The notes beneath the pieces were generated by a model. It was not told where the DNA came from and searched no databases. It worked only from the letters and a program-made list of their open reading frames with translations. The position numbers and the translations under genes were made by a program. From Verrucomicrobiales bacterium (GTDB lineage: Bacteria; Verrucomicrobiota; Verrucomicrobiia; Verrucomicrobiales; V1-33), in contig JANOAV010000010.1 in the NCBI GenBank assembly GCA_031411295.1, forward strand, positions 1 through 64,000: DNA of 64,000 bases, given 5' to 3'. Positions 11,701 to 19,615 of the stretch are shown here, piece after piece (position 1 is the first letter of the stretch; each line of letters opens with the position of its first letter).

Positions 11701-13782
11701 AACAGCAACGGCAATGCCATCGTGCTGGGAACACCTGCCGCCGGTGGCGTCTTCCGCGTCGCCTTGAATCGCCCTAACACGGTAACGACTATAAATAGCA
11801 CCTTAACCGGCGGCACCATGTTAATTGGCAGCAGTGTGGCGAGCAATGGAGTCGTGCTGAACCTTGATGCTGGAGCCAGCGCCAGCATCGGAAACATCTC
11901 GGTAGGTGGAGGCGGAGGGGTGACAACGACGAACAATACGGCGGTGCTCAACGTTAAGCCCGGTGCCAATGTCACGACCACAGGTTACCTTTACTTGGGA
12001 GATCAGAACGGCTTTACCGGCACCGTCAACCAAACCGGCGGCAGTGTGAATGTTGGAACCCAATTCCGCATCGGTCACTATCCGAACAACACCAGCACTT
12101 ACAACATTAGCAGCGGCACCCTTGCCATCACCGCCAACGCGGCTCTGGCCATTGATCCTTCTAACACCGGTGAGCAAAATGGCGGTATTTATGCTGGCAT
12201 CGACGGCACGGGGATCGTGAATCAATCCGGCACCAGCACCATCACCACCGACTGGGTCGTGCTGGATAACCGAGTCGATACCTTGGCCGGCACCAACCAA
12301 CCAGACGGCATCGACCGCTATAACCTCAGCGGTGGAACCTTGGAAATCCGTGGGCAATATGGCATCTCCAATCGGAACGCCACCACCGAATTCAACTTCA
12401 CCGGCGGCACCATTAAGAACGTCGGCAGTGGTGTAAACATGCGCATTGCCGGGCTTGGAAACTTCGTCATCGGCACTGGCGGCACCGGCACCCCAACCTT
12501 AGATACAAATGGAGCCACCAACTCCATTTCCGTGGCCCGTGCCTTCACGGGAGCAGGCACCTTGGTCAAAGCAGGCGCAGGCACGCTCAACCTGAATGCC
12601 GCCAGCCCAGCTTGGACCGGAAATTTCAGTATCACCGGCGGTATCGTCGCCACTGGCACCCAGAGCGGGGGCCTCGGCAGCTTCAATACTCCGGGACGCA
12701 CCATCAATGCAACGACTGGCACGAGCATCAACCTTACAACGAACAACGTGCTGGACAATGGCGTGGGTAATGCCAACCTGCCCACCATGAATCTGGACGG
12801 AGCCACCCTGAGTTCCACCCGCTACAACGTGCTGGGCCCAATCAATCTCAGCAACGGAGCCACGTTGACGCAGACATCCACGGACGCTGGCGGCTACCAA
12901 GGCTACCAACTGCGGGGAGACGTCGGAGTTAGCGGCACCAGTGCCTCCACCATCGCCACCACCAACGGTAAAGGCACCCACCTGAACACCAACACCATTT
13001 TCACAGTGGCGGACGTGACCGGTAACGCCAATGCCGACCTCACTGTTTCCACGCCACTGTTAGACCAATCCGCTGACTTCACCAGCGCCACTGGCGGCTT
13101 CACCAAAGCAGGCCCTGGCACCATGACCCTAACCGGCATCAGCACCTATACCGGAGCCACCGTCGTTTCCGCAGGCACCTTGCATGTGGCCACCGGGGCC
13201 AGTCTGGCCAATACCGGCGGCACCACCGTCAACAGTGGGGCTATATTTACCGTCAACGGCACCGTTCCGGGGGTTACGACGGTAAATCTCGGTGGCTTGC
13301 TCAACGGCAGTGGTATCACCGGCACCGTGGCCATCCTTGACGGCACCATCGCCCCAGGCAACAGCCCTGGCCTTCTCAGCACGGGAAATCTCACCACTAC
13401 CGGCAATACCACCTTCAGCATGGACATCGCTGGCACCACTCCCGTCACCCAGTATGACCAACTCAGTGTCACTGGCAGCATCGACATCGGGGCCACCTCT
13501 ATCCTAACCTTGAACATTACCTCTACACCAGTCATGGGAGAGAGCTACTTCCTCATCAACAATGATTTGGCAGACCCCATCACTGGCACCTTCAGCGGGG
13601 TTTCCGATGGAGGCCTGGTCTTCCAAGGCGGTTTCGTTTTCGAGGCGCACTACACGGCTGATTCCGGCACCAGTTCACTCGCAGGCGGCAATGACTTCGC
13701 CCTGCTCGTGGTTCCGGAGCCCACTGGCACCATGTTGGTCGGCTTAGCTTCACTGGGCCTGCTCCGCCGCCGGCGGAAGTAG
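5725..13782 (+). CDS. Giant autotransporter-associated beta-strand repeat protein with PEP-CTERM sorting signal
   Basis: Many K-x-G-x-G-T-L-x-L-x-G-x-N-T-Y-T-G-x-T repeats and a signal peptide. C-terminus is VPEP, then a hydrophobic helix, then RRRRK. No beta-barrel domain. Confidence 0.92.
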   Translation: MKTRAQTPHFAALLIAAGILIPWQIAPAAPIYWDGTLTDWGALGSWSTAVGATTPDPAALPGTADIATFSISTVTTAQTVNLNGARSVLGLSFLGTNTATTTLLGGSAAQTLTLGASGITMASGAGAVTIGSATAAQNVNIALGAAQTWQVDSANPLTVLNIVSGANSITKTGTGTLVLSGANTYTGGTVINAGNVRATVAGALGTGTVTLGGGTLTLANDAATAFNRAVTVSANSTITSDRVAAGAGVAHTLTTLSIGARTLTVTRGAQATSGTGGVTFSGATTLTGAAVFDPLINTNLTLTGVVSGAFGLTKGAGLATATGSLTLNGANTYTGVTTVNGGALVAGNAASLGTNSSVVLQAVANANLSTLDIRTNMGTGKTLTMNTNTTGDLRSNLTVGAAVGATWQGNVAVAGSGFAMAQAIAGGTLTIAGNLTSSGGGTTGSFAARGAGTVVINGNVNFGTDRSFSHTDAGTVIINSTGNTWRSTQISVGQMQNGINNALDSAADLVIGQNDATSNGRYELNGFNQTVAALRTFTTSTAPAHIIKNSNLASPSTLTFSNAATEVLKNTQVQGIGSLTLTKNGAGRFELQDNRLDNAAIKVNAGTLAFTGTANVNVKPNITGLAAATIDKAGTGSVNLLGTYNHAGPTTVSVGSLTLGAGTAGSITVAAGATLGAGLNYTSLTSGAVTFGTGATTFKPVLGFPGGSPVIAATTLTASGTTTVTPLGAGLFPGTFPLITYTGGSIAGNGFGAFTLGAAGTYPHMTAALDNSTVGSLDLIVSATDSLTWTGLTNGTWDTNTTANFKLDSDSSAAPFYTGDSVTFNDSGINKTITTTGAVIGNLTFDNSIGNDYTVTGVLTGNGGISKSNTGTATLASANSFIGPIDVTGGTLVLGGANVGHGAVNIQSGGTLKLGNAAAISSGAMVTISAGGTLDFNGAGPTAAVTPLIPEVHASGAGVGGLGAITNTGGAITNLSSMAKLVLDGDISWGSTVRNDLPNTVTLVGNGKTITKVGAGETWFFPTITSQPGAIVVNGGTFGVQTTNPLAANVPVTVNTGAFHSLYSAITVQHPVTINDGGTLRATNATPIISGLVTINDNATANHFLTAASATTLNVTGKVTGQGGFTHNTAGTLTLQNAGNDYLGDTVITAGTLSFANGGQIPVATNLVVSGGTFATGGINRTVGSLSGTGGTISGGGILTVNQSTNTSSAATITSTALTKNGAGILTLAGAADNGGAAGIGTVNAGTLVLAKTHTAALAEHAFGGGLIINNGGTVQIGGVSVGPFTGTAVNLAPTGAVVGQYVDQIYNNVTVALNTGGTLDLAGKSEGVQGLTGGGTVTNSVAATTSRLYLGSAGGTNVSGNFAGLIQDGAGVVEVEKLGAATMVLAGNNTYTGATVVTGGTLQNTGTLGNTTVTVGTGATYLASAALGGNVVVNTGGTATANAAIAGNATVAGTFNSNVNLGGNVTVNTGGVFNPATATTVAGLTTLSGGTLNVGGNSSGTVASTLTTGSLTLAGGTLNVDFTGAVADQITSTVSNGLTINGANTVNVAVGPAGWVSGIYPLLNYAGAVQGTGASALTLSGSAGHSTAAIVDNGTGIINLQVTGAGNTVWVGGAGNAWDTNTTLNWASSDNKFLAGDVALFDDTATTYTPSIATAVSPAATLFNGANNYTLSGAAGIAGAGSLTKQGTSTVTLVNPNTYTGATNVQGGTLVANYNAGAAVTVLATASAVNVSSGATFRAITNDAAFTLSNPLAGTGTVELNAHATAGTTALAITLNGANNNFSGTLRLLAPAAATYRVAPSGPAALGTAAIDVKSGAQIFLPASTYTNNLTIAGTGYVDANGNIGALRMEGSTWAGNIVVDAAGARIGSHGGTGIVSGNISGGNLSVNATNYNTTSYTSIFTGTNSYGTTTIGGQATAGTGTNSMRLNIGANGTTGTLGTGAVTINGDGMNGVLSFDRSDGYSLLPGQTITGAGTTLTRTFIEFDTQGTGFNSNGNAIVLGTPAAGGVFRVALNRPNTVTTINSTLTGGTMLIGSSVASNGVVLNLDAGASASIGNISVGGGGGVTTTNNTAVLNVKPGANVTTTGYLYLGDQNGFTGTVNQTGGSVNVGTQFRIGHYPNNTSTYNISSGTLAITANAALAIDPSNTGEQNGGIYAGIDGTGIVNQSGTSTITTDWVVLDNRVDTLAGTNQPDGIDRYNLSGGTLEIRGQYGISNRNATTEFNFTGGTIKNVGSGVNMRIAGLGNFVIGTGGTGTPTLDTNGATNSISVARAFTGAGTLVKAGAGTLNLNAASPAWTGNFSITGGIVATGTQSGGLGSFNTPGRTINATTGTSINLTTNNVLDNGVGNANLPTMNLDGATLSSTRYNVLGPINLSNGATLTQTSTDAGGYQGYQLRGDVGVSGTSASTIATTNGKGTHLNTNTIFTVADVTGNANADLTVSTPLLDQSADFTSATGGFTKAGPGTMTLTGISTYTGATVVSAGTLHVATGASLANTGGTTVNSGAIFTVNGTVPGVTTVNLGGLLNGSGITGTVAILDGTIAPGNSPGLLSTGNLTTTGNTTFSMDIAGTTPVTQYDQLSVTGSIDIGATSILTLNITSTPVMGESYFLINNDLADPITGTFSGVSDGGLVFQGGFVFEAHYTADSGTSSLAGGNDFALLVVPEPTGTMLVGLASLGLLRRRRK

Positions 13783-13831
13783 GCCGGATTTGAACGCCGG
13801 AAATAATTCCTCCTCTGGGGCACGTCTATGT

Positions 13832-13968
13832 TCCAGATGTGCTCCGGCACGATCTGGACAGGTAAAAGATTGCTGGTAGAAGATGAAGCCGGATCCCACC
13901 CGAATTTTTCACCAAAAATCTTTTACCATATTCACAACAAGGTGGAGGTGCGTCCTGCTGGACGCATC
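13832..13968. repeat. Two hairpins between convergent genes (REP-like or terminator-like)
   Basis: TCCAGAT-GTGC-TCCG-GCAC-G-ATCTGGA (13832-13858) and AAGGTGGA+GGTGCGTCC-TGCT-GGACGCATC (13939-13968). Confidence 0.5.
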
Positions 13969-13977
13969 AACTTCCGC

Positions 13978-14232
13978 CTACCGCCCAATCTCCCGCACTG
14001 CTTGGAGCACTTGGTGATTCGCATACACCGTGGCGATATTAACCAGAATCACCAAGACTGCCAATCCCAGCACCACTCCACCTCGAAGGCCCGCTTGTCC
14101 TCCCGTCGCTCGTGATTCCCGCACGAAGCGCAGGTGGGCGCGCAAACTGAGGACCAAACCAATATTTAACATCATCACCAAGCCAGTGAGCACCTTGGTG
14201 AAAAAAATAATGCGGTCGTAGGGCAAATCCAT
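13978..14232 (-). CDS. Small two-TM membrane protein, hypothetical
   Basis: 84 aa with two hydrophobic segments and an ATG start. Divergent from the ABC ATPase across an AT-rich spacer. Confidence 0.6.
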   Translation of the reverse strand: MDLPYDRIIFFTKVLTGLVMMLNIGLVLSLRAHLRFVRESRATGGQAGLRGGVVLGLAVLVILVNIATVYANHQVLQAVREIGR

Positions 14233-14262
14233 GATGAGAGTTGTGAAATCGGGACGTATGGT

Positions 14263-14321
14263 GGTTACTTCGTTGGCAATCCGCTTGCTGGGTTACTTCG
14301 GATGAGTTAAGTGTTACTTAA
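14263..14321. promoter_or_regulatory. Putative operator: GTTACTT direct repeats plus TTAAGT-N3-ACTTAA palindrome
   Basis: GGTTACTTCG at 14263 and 14291, GTTACTT at 14313, and an inverted repeat at 14307-14321 in the divergent intergenic region. Confidence 0.45.
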
Positions 14322-14358
14322 ATTACCATAAATATCAATCAATTTCGTTAATTAATCC

Positions 14359-15141
14359 ATGAACAATACGCACTTGCTCGAAGTCGAGGACCTGAGTGTC
14401 ACCTTCCCCAGCCGAAGGGGAGCGGGAGCAGTGCGTGCGGTGGACCGGGTTAGTTTCAAAGTTGCCAAGGGGAAAACGGTCGGCCTAGTGGGTGAGAGCG
14501 GGTCTGGCAAGACCACCATTGGCAGGACATTGCTGCGCCTCCAGCGCCCCACCGCTGGGACCGTGAAGTATGCGGGCCGGGAAATTTTGACGATGAGCGA
14601 GGCCGAGTTTCTGCCGTATCGGCGGCAAATGCAGATGATTTTCCAAGACCCCTACGGATCCCTCAATCCCCGCCTCAGTATTTTCGAAATCATCAGCGAG
14701 CCACTCGAAATTCATTTCCCTTCCCTCAAGCGCCCCGACCGGGAAGCCCGCGTGGCCCAGTTGCTCGAGGACGTGGGCCTGGCGCCCGAAGCCATGGCCA
14801 GGCGACCTCAGGAATTCAGCGGCGGACAGCGGCAACGCATCGGAATCGCCCGGGCCTTAGCCGTGGAGCCAGCCTTGATTATTTGCGATGAGCCCGTCAG
14901 CGCCTTGGATGTCAGCGTTCAGGCCTCCATCGTGAACCTGCTGCAGGATCTCCAGGAATCCCGTGGACTGACCTACTTATTCATCGCCCATGATCTAGCG
15001 GTGGTGGAGCATATCAGCGATGAAATCCTCGTCCTGCATCACGGCAAAATCGTCGAGGCCGGCCCGTCCGAGGCTATCTGCCACGATCCACAGCACGACT
15101 ACACGAAAAAACTCCTCGCCTCGGTGCCCACGCTGAGTTAA
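14359..15141 (+). CDS. Peptide/nickel ABC transporter ATP-binding protein (OppF/DppF-like)
   Basis: GESGSGKT Walker A, QMIFQDP, FSGGQRQR signature, ICDEPVSALD. Confidence 0.93.
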   Translation: MNNTHLLEVEDLSVTFPSRRGAGAVRAVDRVSFKVAKGKTVGLVGESGSGKTTIGRTLLRLQRPTAGTVKYAGREILTMSEAEFLPYRRQMQMIFQDPYGSLNPRLSIFEIISEPLEIHFPSLKRPDREARVAQLLEDVGLAPEAMARRPQEFSGGQRQRIGIARALAVEPALIICDEPVSALDVSVQASIVNLLQDLQESRGLTYLFIAHDLAVVEHISDEILVLHHGKIVEAGPSEAICHDPQHDYTKKLLASVPTLS

Positions 15142-15166
15142 ATTTCCACAATTTTACTATTGTTCC

Positions 15167-16387
15167 ATGACCCCCTTGCTGCGCAAATTTCTCGGTATGA
15201 ACTGGCTGTTCTTTCTGCCCATGGTGGCGATGATGGCCTTCGGGATCTTGAGCATCTACAGTGCCGTGCATTTTCGGGCGAATAGCTTGTCTCATGTCTG
15301 GAACGATCAACTCACGAAGATGCTCTACGGAATGCTCATCTTTTTTGTCGTTTCGCTAGTGGACTACAAATGGGTCAAGTGGGGGGCGTTGCCACTCTAT
15401 ACGGTCGGGCTGGGGTTGATGGTGGTGCTGCTCTTCAAAGGCAACGAAGTCTTCGGTCAGAAAATTTCCCTGACCATTGGCGGATTAACGTTCCAGCCCT
15501 CCCAGGTGGCGATTTCGTCCACCGTGCTGCTCATCGCTTATGTGCTGGCGGAAGGACAGAACGTGCTGCCGTTTCTTAAATTTCATTTCCTGCGGTTGCT
15601 CGCGGCTGGCCTTATCTTTGCCATCCCATTTCTGCTGATCTTGAAGGCCAAAGACATCGGTTCTGCCTTGGTCATGCTGCCGATCTTCGGAGCCATGCTG
15701 CTGGCCGGTAACATTCCTTATCGCTATCTTATTTCCATTTTGCTGGTCGGGTTGATGGCCGCTCCGCTGGTATATTTCTTCGGCCTCAAAGACTACCAGC
15801 GAGATCGGATTGACGTGACTTACAAGGTCCTCATGGGGCAGCCGGTAAATGAGAAAGACGAAGCCTACGCCCTCATCAACATCCTGACCGCCACGGCTAC
15901 GGCAGGCTGGGAAGGCAAAGGCAACGATCCGGAACGAGTGCCTGAAGGCAATAAATCGCTGACTCATTTAAATTTGGTTCCGGCCAACACTTCCCACAAC
16001 GACTTCATCTTCACGGTGATTGCCGAGGCCTTTGGCTTCAGTGGCTCTGCCCTCATGATGGTGGGGTTCCTCTTCATTTTAGTGATGGCTTTGGTGATCG
16101 CGTTTTTTGCCGGAGACTCGTTGGGGAGGTTGATCGTCACGGGGATTGTGGCGTTGTTGTTTGCCCACGTTTTCGAGCACATTGGGATGAACATTGGGAT
16201 TTTGCCGATCACGGGAATTCCACTACCATTGGTGAGTTACGGTGGGACGTTTGTTATGATCGTGTTGGGGCTCTTTGGCATGATGCAGAGCGTGTGGGTC
16301 CATCGCAATAAGATGCTGGAAGTGCCGGATGCCCAGAAGGCCCCGCGCCCACTGAGTCGCCCCAGTTCCATGGCGTATGCCAGCTAG
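15167..16387 (+). CDS. rodA: SEDS family peptidoglycan glycosyltransferase (RodA-like)
   Basis: About 10 TM segments; FQPS, DIG, HNDFIF..IAE and PITGIPLPLVSYGG motifs. RodA versus FtsW is an inference. Confidence 0.85.
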   Translation: MTPLLRKFLGMNWLFFLPMVAMMAFGILSIYSAVHFRANSLSHVWNDQLTKMLYGMLIFFVVSLVDYKWVKWGALPLYTVGLGLMVVLLFKGNEVFGQKISLTIGGLTFQPSQVAISSTVLLIAYVLAEGQNVLPFLKFHFLRLLAAGLIFAIPFLLILKAKDIGSALVMLPIFGAMLLAGNIPYRYLISILLVGLMAAPLVYFFGLKDYQRDRIDVTYKVLMGQPVNEKDEAYALINILTATATAGWEGKGNDPERVPEGNKSLTHLNLVPANTSHNDFIFTVIAEAFGFSGSALMMVGFLFILVMALVIAFFAGDSLGRLIVTGIVALLFAHVFEHIGMNIGILPITGIPLPLVSYGGTFVMIVLGLFGMMQSVWVHRNKMLEVPDAQKAPRPLSRPSSMAYAS

Positions 16388-16427
16388 TGACCTGAGCTTT
16401 TTCTCCCTCCTGCTTCCCCACCCTATC

Positions 16428-17318
16428 ATGCTTACCTCCAGCCGTTGCCTGTTCGCTATCCTCTTAATTGCCTGCAGTAGCAGCCGGGGCCGGGCTGAAT
16501 TAGACCAAACGCTGGGACAGAAACTCGAAGGCGTTTATTCGACCTATCGCCAGTCTCTCACCCAACAGGACACCAAGACCTGGCTGAAACAAACGTCCCG
16601 CTATCGTCAGATGTGTCTGCGCAACCAAGTCGTTTCCTCCGGCCTTACCTGGCCGAAGGCCGTGTTGGATCTGGCCCTGAAGCCGCCCAGTGCCGGAGGG
16701 CTCAAAATCCTCGATGCCACCGCCCGCGGCAACACCGCACGTCTCACCTATTTTGGTAAAATCGATTTCGGGATCCCCGGGGAACCAGCCCCGGATAATG
16801 GATTGGTCGTTTGGTTCCTTAAGGAGGGCGACGAATGGAAATACAACACCATCCAATACGCCAACCTCAATAATGACCCCGAACTGAAGGCGAAAGTAGC
16901 CAAGGGCAATACCGATTTCCTCAGCAGTCCAGAGTTCGCCATCACCGCAGAATATCCCGTGGTTCCCGTGGCATGCGAAGTTCCCTATCACATCGCCCGC
17001 ATCCAAGTGACCTCCAATGGCTATAAATCCATCGTGACCGTGAATGGCGCCAATCCGGAAAATTTCACCACCGGAGTGGCCAGTCGCACGGTGATTGGAG
17101 GGATTCGCAAAGGCCCCAATAACATCATCATCGGCGGGGCGCTGGTGGAGGGAGCGGTGGCGGACAAGGCCTCGTTGGAAATCGAGATTCTCACCCCAAC
17201 GGGCAATCCCGCCAAGCCCGAGCGCAGTCTGCTGAGTTGGAAATTCGATCCGGCTAAAATGACGCTTCCTGCCGAAGTCAAACTCTGGGGCAATTCCAAA
17301 GTGACCGTGGGCCAGTAG
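16428..17318 (+). CDS. Hypothetical exported protein
   Basis: Signal-like N-terminus from ATG 16428 and genome-typical codon usage. No family recognised. Confidence 0.75.
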   Translation: MLTSSRCLFAILLIACSSSRGRAELDQTLGQKLEGVYSTYRQSLTQQDTKTWLKQTSRYRQMCLRNQVVSSGLTWPKAVLDLALKPPSAGGLKILDATARGNTARLTYFGKIDFGIPGEPAPDNGLVVWFLKEGDEWKYNTIQYANLNNDPELKAKVAKGNTDFLSSPEFAITAEYPVVPVACEVPYHIARIQVTSNGYKSIVTVNGANPENFTTGVASRTVIGGIRKGPNNIIIGGALVEGAVADKASLEIEILTPTGNPAKPERSLLSWKFDPAKMTLPAEVKLWGNSKVTVGQ

Positions 17319-17337
17319 GTCGCTGGTCCCACGCACC

Positions 17338-17523
17338 ATGCACCTCCCCACGCATCAAGGCCGCAAAATCCTCATCGCAGTCTTGTTGCTCGTGATCGGA
17401 ATGTTTCTACTGAATCGATGCCTTCCGCTGCGAGCGGAGTCCGTTCCCCTAACTTCAGGTCATGCAGCAAACCCTGAAAACACTTATTGGAATCCTCCCG
17501 ATTCTGTGTCAAAGAAACCGTGA
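17338..17523 (+). CDS. Small hypothetical membrane-anchored protein
   Basis: 61 aa with one hydrophobic stretch. Fills a gap in the co-oriented gene run. Confidence 0.4.
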   Translation: MHLPTHQGRKILIAVLLLVIGMFLLNRCLPLRAESVPLTSGHAANPENTYWNPPDSVSKKP

Positions 17524-17572
17524 GCCACTCCAAATTCATCCGTCCCCGATAATTCTCCATCCCTCCCACTCC

Positions 17573-18175
17573 ATGAAATTCTGCCTCCGCTTTCTTTTCC
17601 TGCCATTCGTGGCGGGAAGCCTTAGTTCGTGTAACACCATCATGGGCCTGCCGTCCAGAGTGATCGGTTCGGTGCTGAGCACCGTCAAACTAGCCGATAA
17701 TAAGAAAAAGGATCAAGCGCTGGAGAACGTGGCTGTGGCGGATGCCAAGGATGCCAAGGCCGTGCCCGAAGGGGCCGTGGGCGAAGTTTCCTATGTCGAT
17801 ACCGAGTCCGGCTTCATTCTCATTCGGCAAGCCGCCGGTCGTCGCATCGTTCCCAGCACTCCCTTGCTCTCCAAGAATCCCACCGGCACGATCACCGCCA
17901 AGCTCCTGTCCAGCCCGGCCAATAAAGGTTCCTTTGTGGCAGCCGATATCGTTTCCGGAGCACCCGAGCGGGGCAATCCGGTTCATTTCGATCCCGATGC
18001 GAAGACCAAGGTCGAGAGCCAACCCGTGCTGACTCCAGCCGCGGACCCAGCAACCCCGGACGCGGGCGCGCTCCCTAACCGGCCCAAATTAGAGCCGCTG
18101 CTGCCACCGCTGGACGACCTCCGCCCACCTTCCGGTTCCGAAACCCCGCCCCAGTTGCCCACCCTGCCCCAGTGA
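17573..18175 (+). CDS. Hypothetical lipoprotein with Pro-rich tail
   Basis: MKFCLRFL...LSSC lipobox. The stop overlaps the moeA start (GTGA). Confidence 0.75.
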   Translation: MKFCLRFLFLPFVAGSLSSCNTIMGLPSRVIGSVLSTVKLADNKKKDQALENVAVADAKDAKAVPEGAVGEVSYVDTESGFILIRQAAGRRIVPSTPLLSKNPTGTITAKLLSSPANKGSFVAADIVSGAPERGNPVHFDPDAKTKVESQPVLTPAADPATPDAGALPNRPKLEPLLPPLDDLRPPSGSETPPQLPTLPQ

Positions 18176-19365
18176 TCTCTCCGACCGAGGCCAGCGCCCG
18201 TATCCTAGCTGCTATTTCCCTGCTGGAAATGGAGTCGGTTCCGCTCTCCCAAGCGCTGGGCCGCTATGCGGCAGGCCCCGTGCTCGCCACCCGACCGCTC
18301 CCCAGTTGTGATTTCTCTGCCATGGACGGCTATGCCATCCATGCTGTGGATTGCGGTGGCACCCCTTGCTTGGAAGTAACCGGAGAACATGCGGCCGGCA
18401 GCGCCACCATGCTCACCGTCCAGCCGGGTCACGCGGTCCGCATCTTCACTGGAGCGCCCATCCCGCAGCAGACGGGGGCCGTCATCATGCAGGAAGACGT
18501 GGACGCCACCTCGCATCCGCCGCGCATTCAAGTCCGGGAACCAGCTGTGTTAGGGGAGTTCATCCGTCGTGCGGGAGCCGATGTTTGCCCCGGGCAAATT
18601 TTACTGCCCAAAGGGGAACGCTGCCATGCGGGCCACCTCGGCCTGCTGGCCGCTCAGGGCATGCCAACCGTGAACGTTGTCCGCCGACCCACCGTTGGCA
18701 TCCTAACCACTGGCAGTGAACTCATCCCCCCTGGCACGGAACCGACCCACGCCGGGCAGATATTCAATTCCAACGGCCCACTCCTGCAGGCCCTCCTGGA
18801 GCAGCATCAGTTGGCGGATTCCATCACGCTGGCGCATGCTCCAGACGATTTACCGACGCTTCAGCAAGCGATGCAGCAATTGCTGGCCAGCGTTTCGGTC
18901 CTCATCTGCATCGGCGGAGTCTCCGTGGGCGATCACGATTTGGTCAAACCAGCGTTAAACAATCTTGGCGTCGCCACCGATTTCTGGCGCGTGGCCATGA
19001 AACCCGGCAAACCCTTCCTGTTTGGCCAGCAGGTCCGTAAATTCATCTTCGGCCTGCCGGGAAATCCCGTCTCGGCTTACGTCACGGCGTTCCTCCTCGT
19101 CCTCCCCGCCCTGCGGAAACTGGCCGGAGCCGCCCATCCCGCGCCTCCCCCAACGCGGGCCATCCTCGGCTCCGCCATGGAGAATCGGGACGCGCGCCAA
19201 ACCTACTTCCGCGGCCGCTGGGATCCCGCTGAAGGCAAGTTCAGCCCGTTAGGACTTCAGGAAAGTCACGCCCTCTACGGCCTCAGCCAAGCCAACGCCC
19301 TGCTCGCCATTCCTCCACACACCAAACTGGAACCAGGATCAGCGGTGGAAATATTGCTGCTGTGA
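18172..19365 (+). CDS. moeA: Molybdopterin molybdotransferase
   Basis: SAMDGYA, RIFTGAPIP, TTGSEL, GGVSVGDHD, KPGKP and GLPGNPVS motifs. Confidence 0.96.
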   Translation: MISPTEASARILAAISLLEMESVPLSQALGRYAAGPVLATRPLPSCDFSAMDGYAIHAVDCGGTPCLEVTGEHAAGSATMLTVQPGHAVRIFTGAPIPQQTGAVIMQEDVDATSHPPRIQVREPAVLGEFIRRAGADVCPGQILLPKGERCHAGHLGLLAAQGMPTVNVVRRPTVGILTTGSELIPPGTEPTHAGQIFNSNGPLLQALLEQHQLADSITLAHAPDDLPTLQQAMQQLLASVSVLICIGGVSVGDHDLVKPALNNLGVATDFWRVAMKPGKPFLFGQQVRKFIFGLPGNPVSAYVTAFLLVLPALRKLAGAAHPAPPPTRAILGSAMENRDARQTYFRGRWDPAEGKFSPLGLQESHALYGLSQANALLAIPPHTKLEPGSAVEILLL

Positions 19366-19388
19366 AATCCTCGTCCGACATCAGACGA

Positions 19389-19415
19389 AGGTGGATCAGC
19401 CCGCTGGGCTGATCC
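19389..19415 (+). repeat. GTGG-led REP-like perfect hairpin
   Basis: GGATCAGCCC-GCT-GGGCTGATCC (19393-19415), with the same AAGGTGGA prefix as the 13939 hairpin. Confidence 0.55.
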
Positions 19416-19615
19416 GGAAGGAGCTGAGCAGTCCAGCGGTAGGCTTCGCGATCAACCGTGGGCCGGAGCCCCCGGCTATTGTCCATGACCACTAACGCGG
19501 TCGAAAAAGCCAACGAATGCCTACAGGCATTAGCCTGAAGCCACGAAATCCCCGATTGCGCAATCCGCCGCGCCACTGCATCTAGCTACCCTTGGGCATC
19601 GTTTCCGTTTCCCGC

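Noticed and set aside
5783..13747. Many 60-195-aa ORFs overlapping the PEP-CTERM gene
   Set aside because: Shadow frames expected from high GC and repetitive codons. None has recognisable motifs.
5725..13782. Classical type V autotransporter call
   Set aside because: No C-terminal beta-barrel is present. The protein ends in PEP-CTERM.
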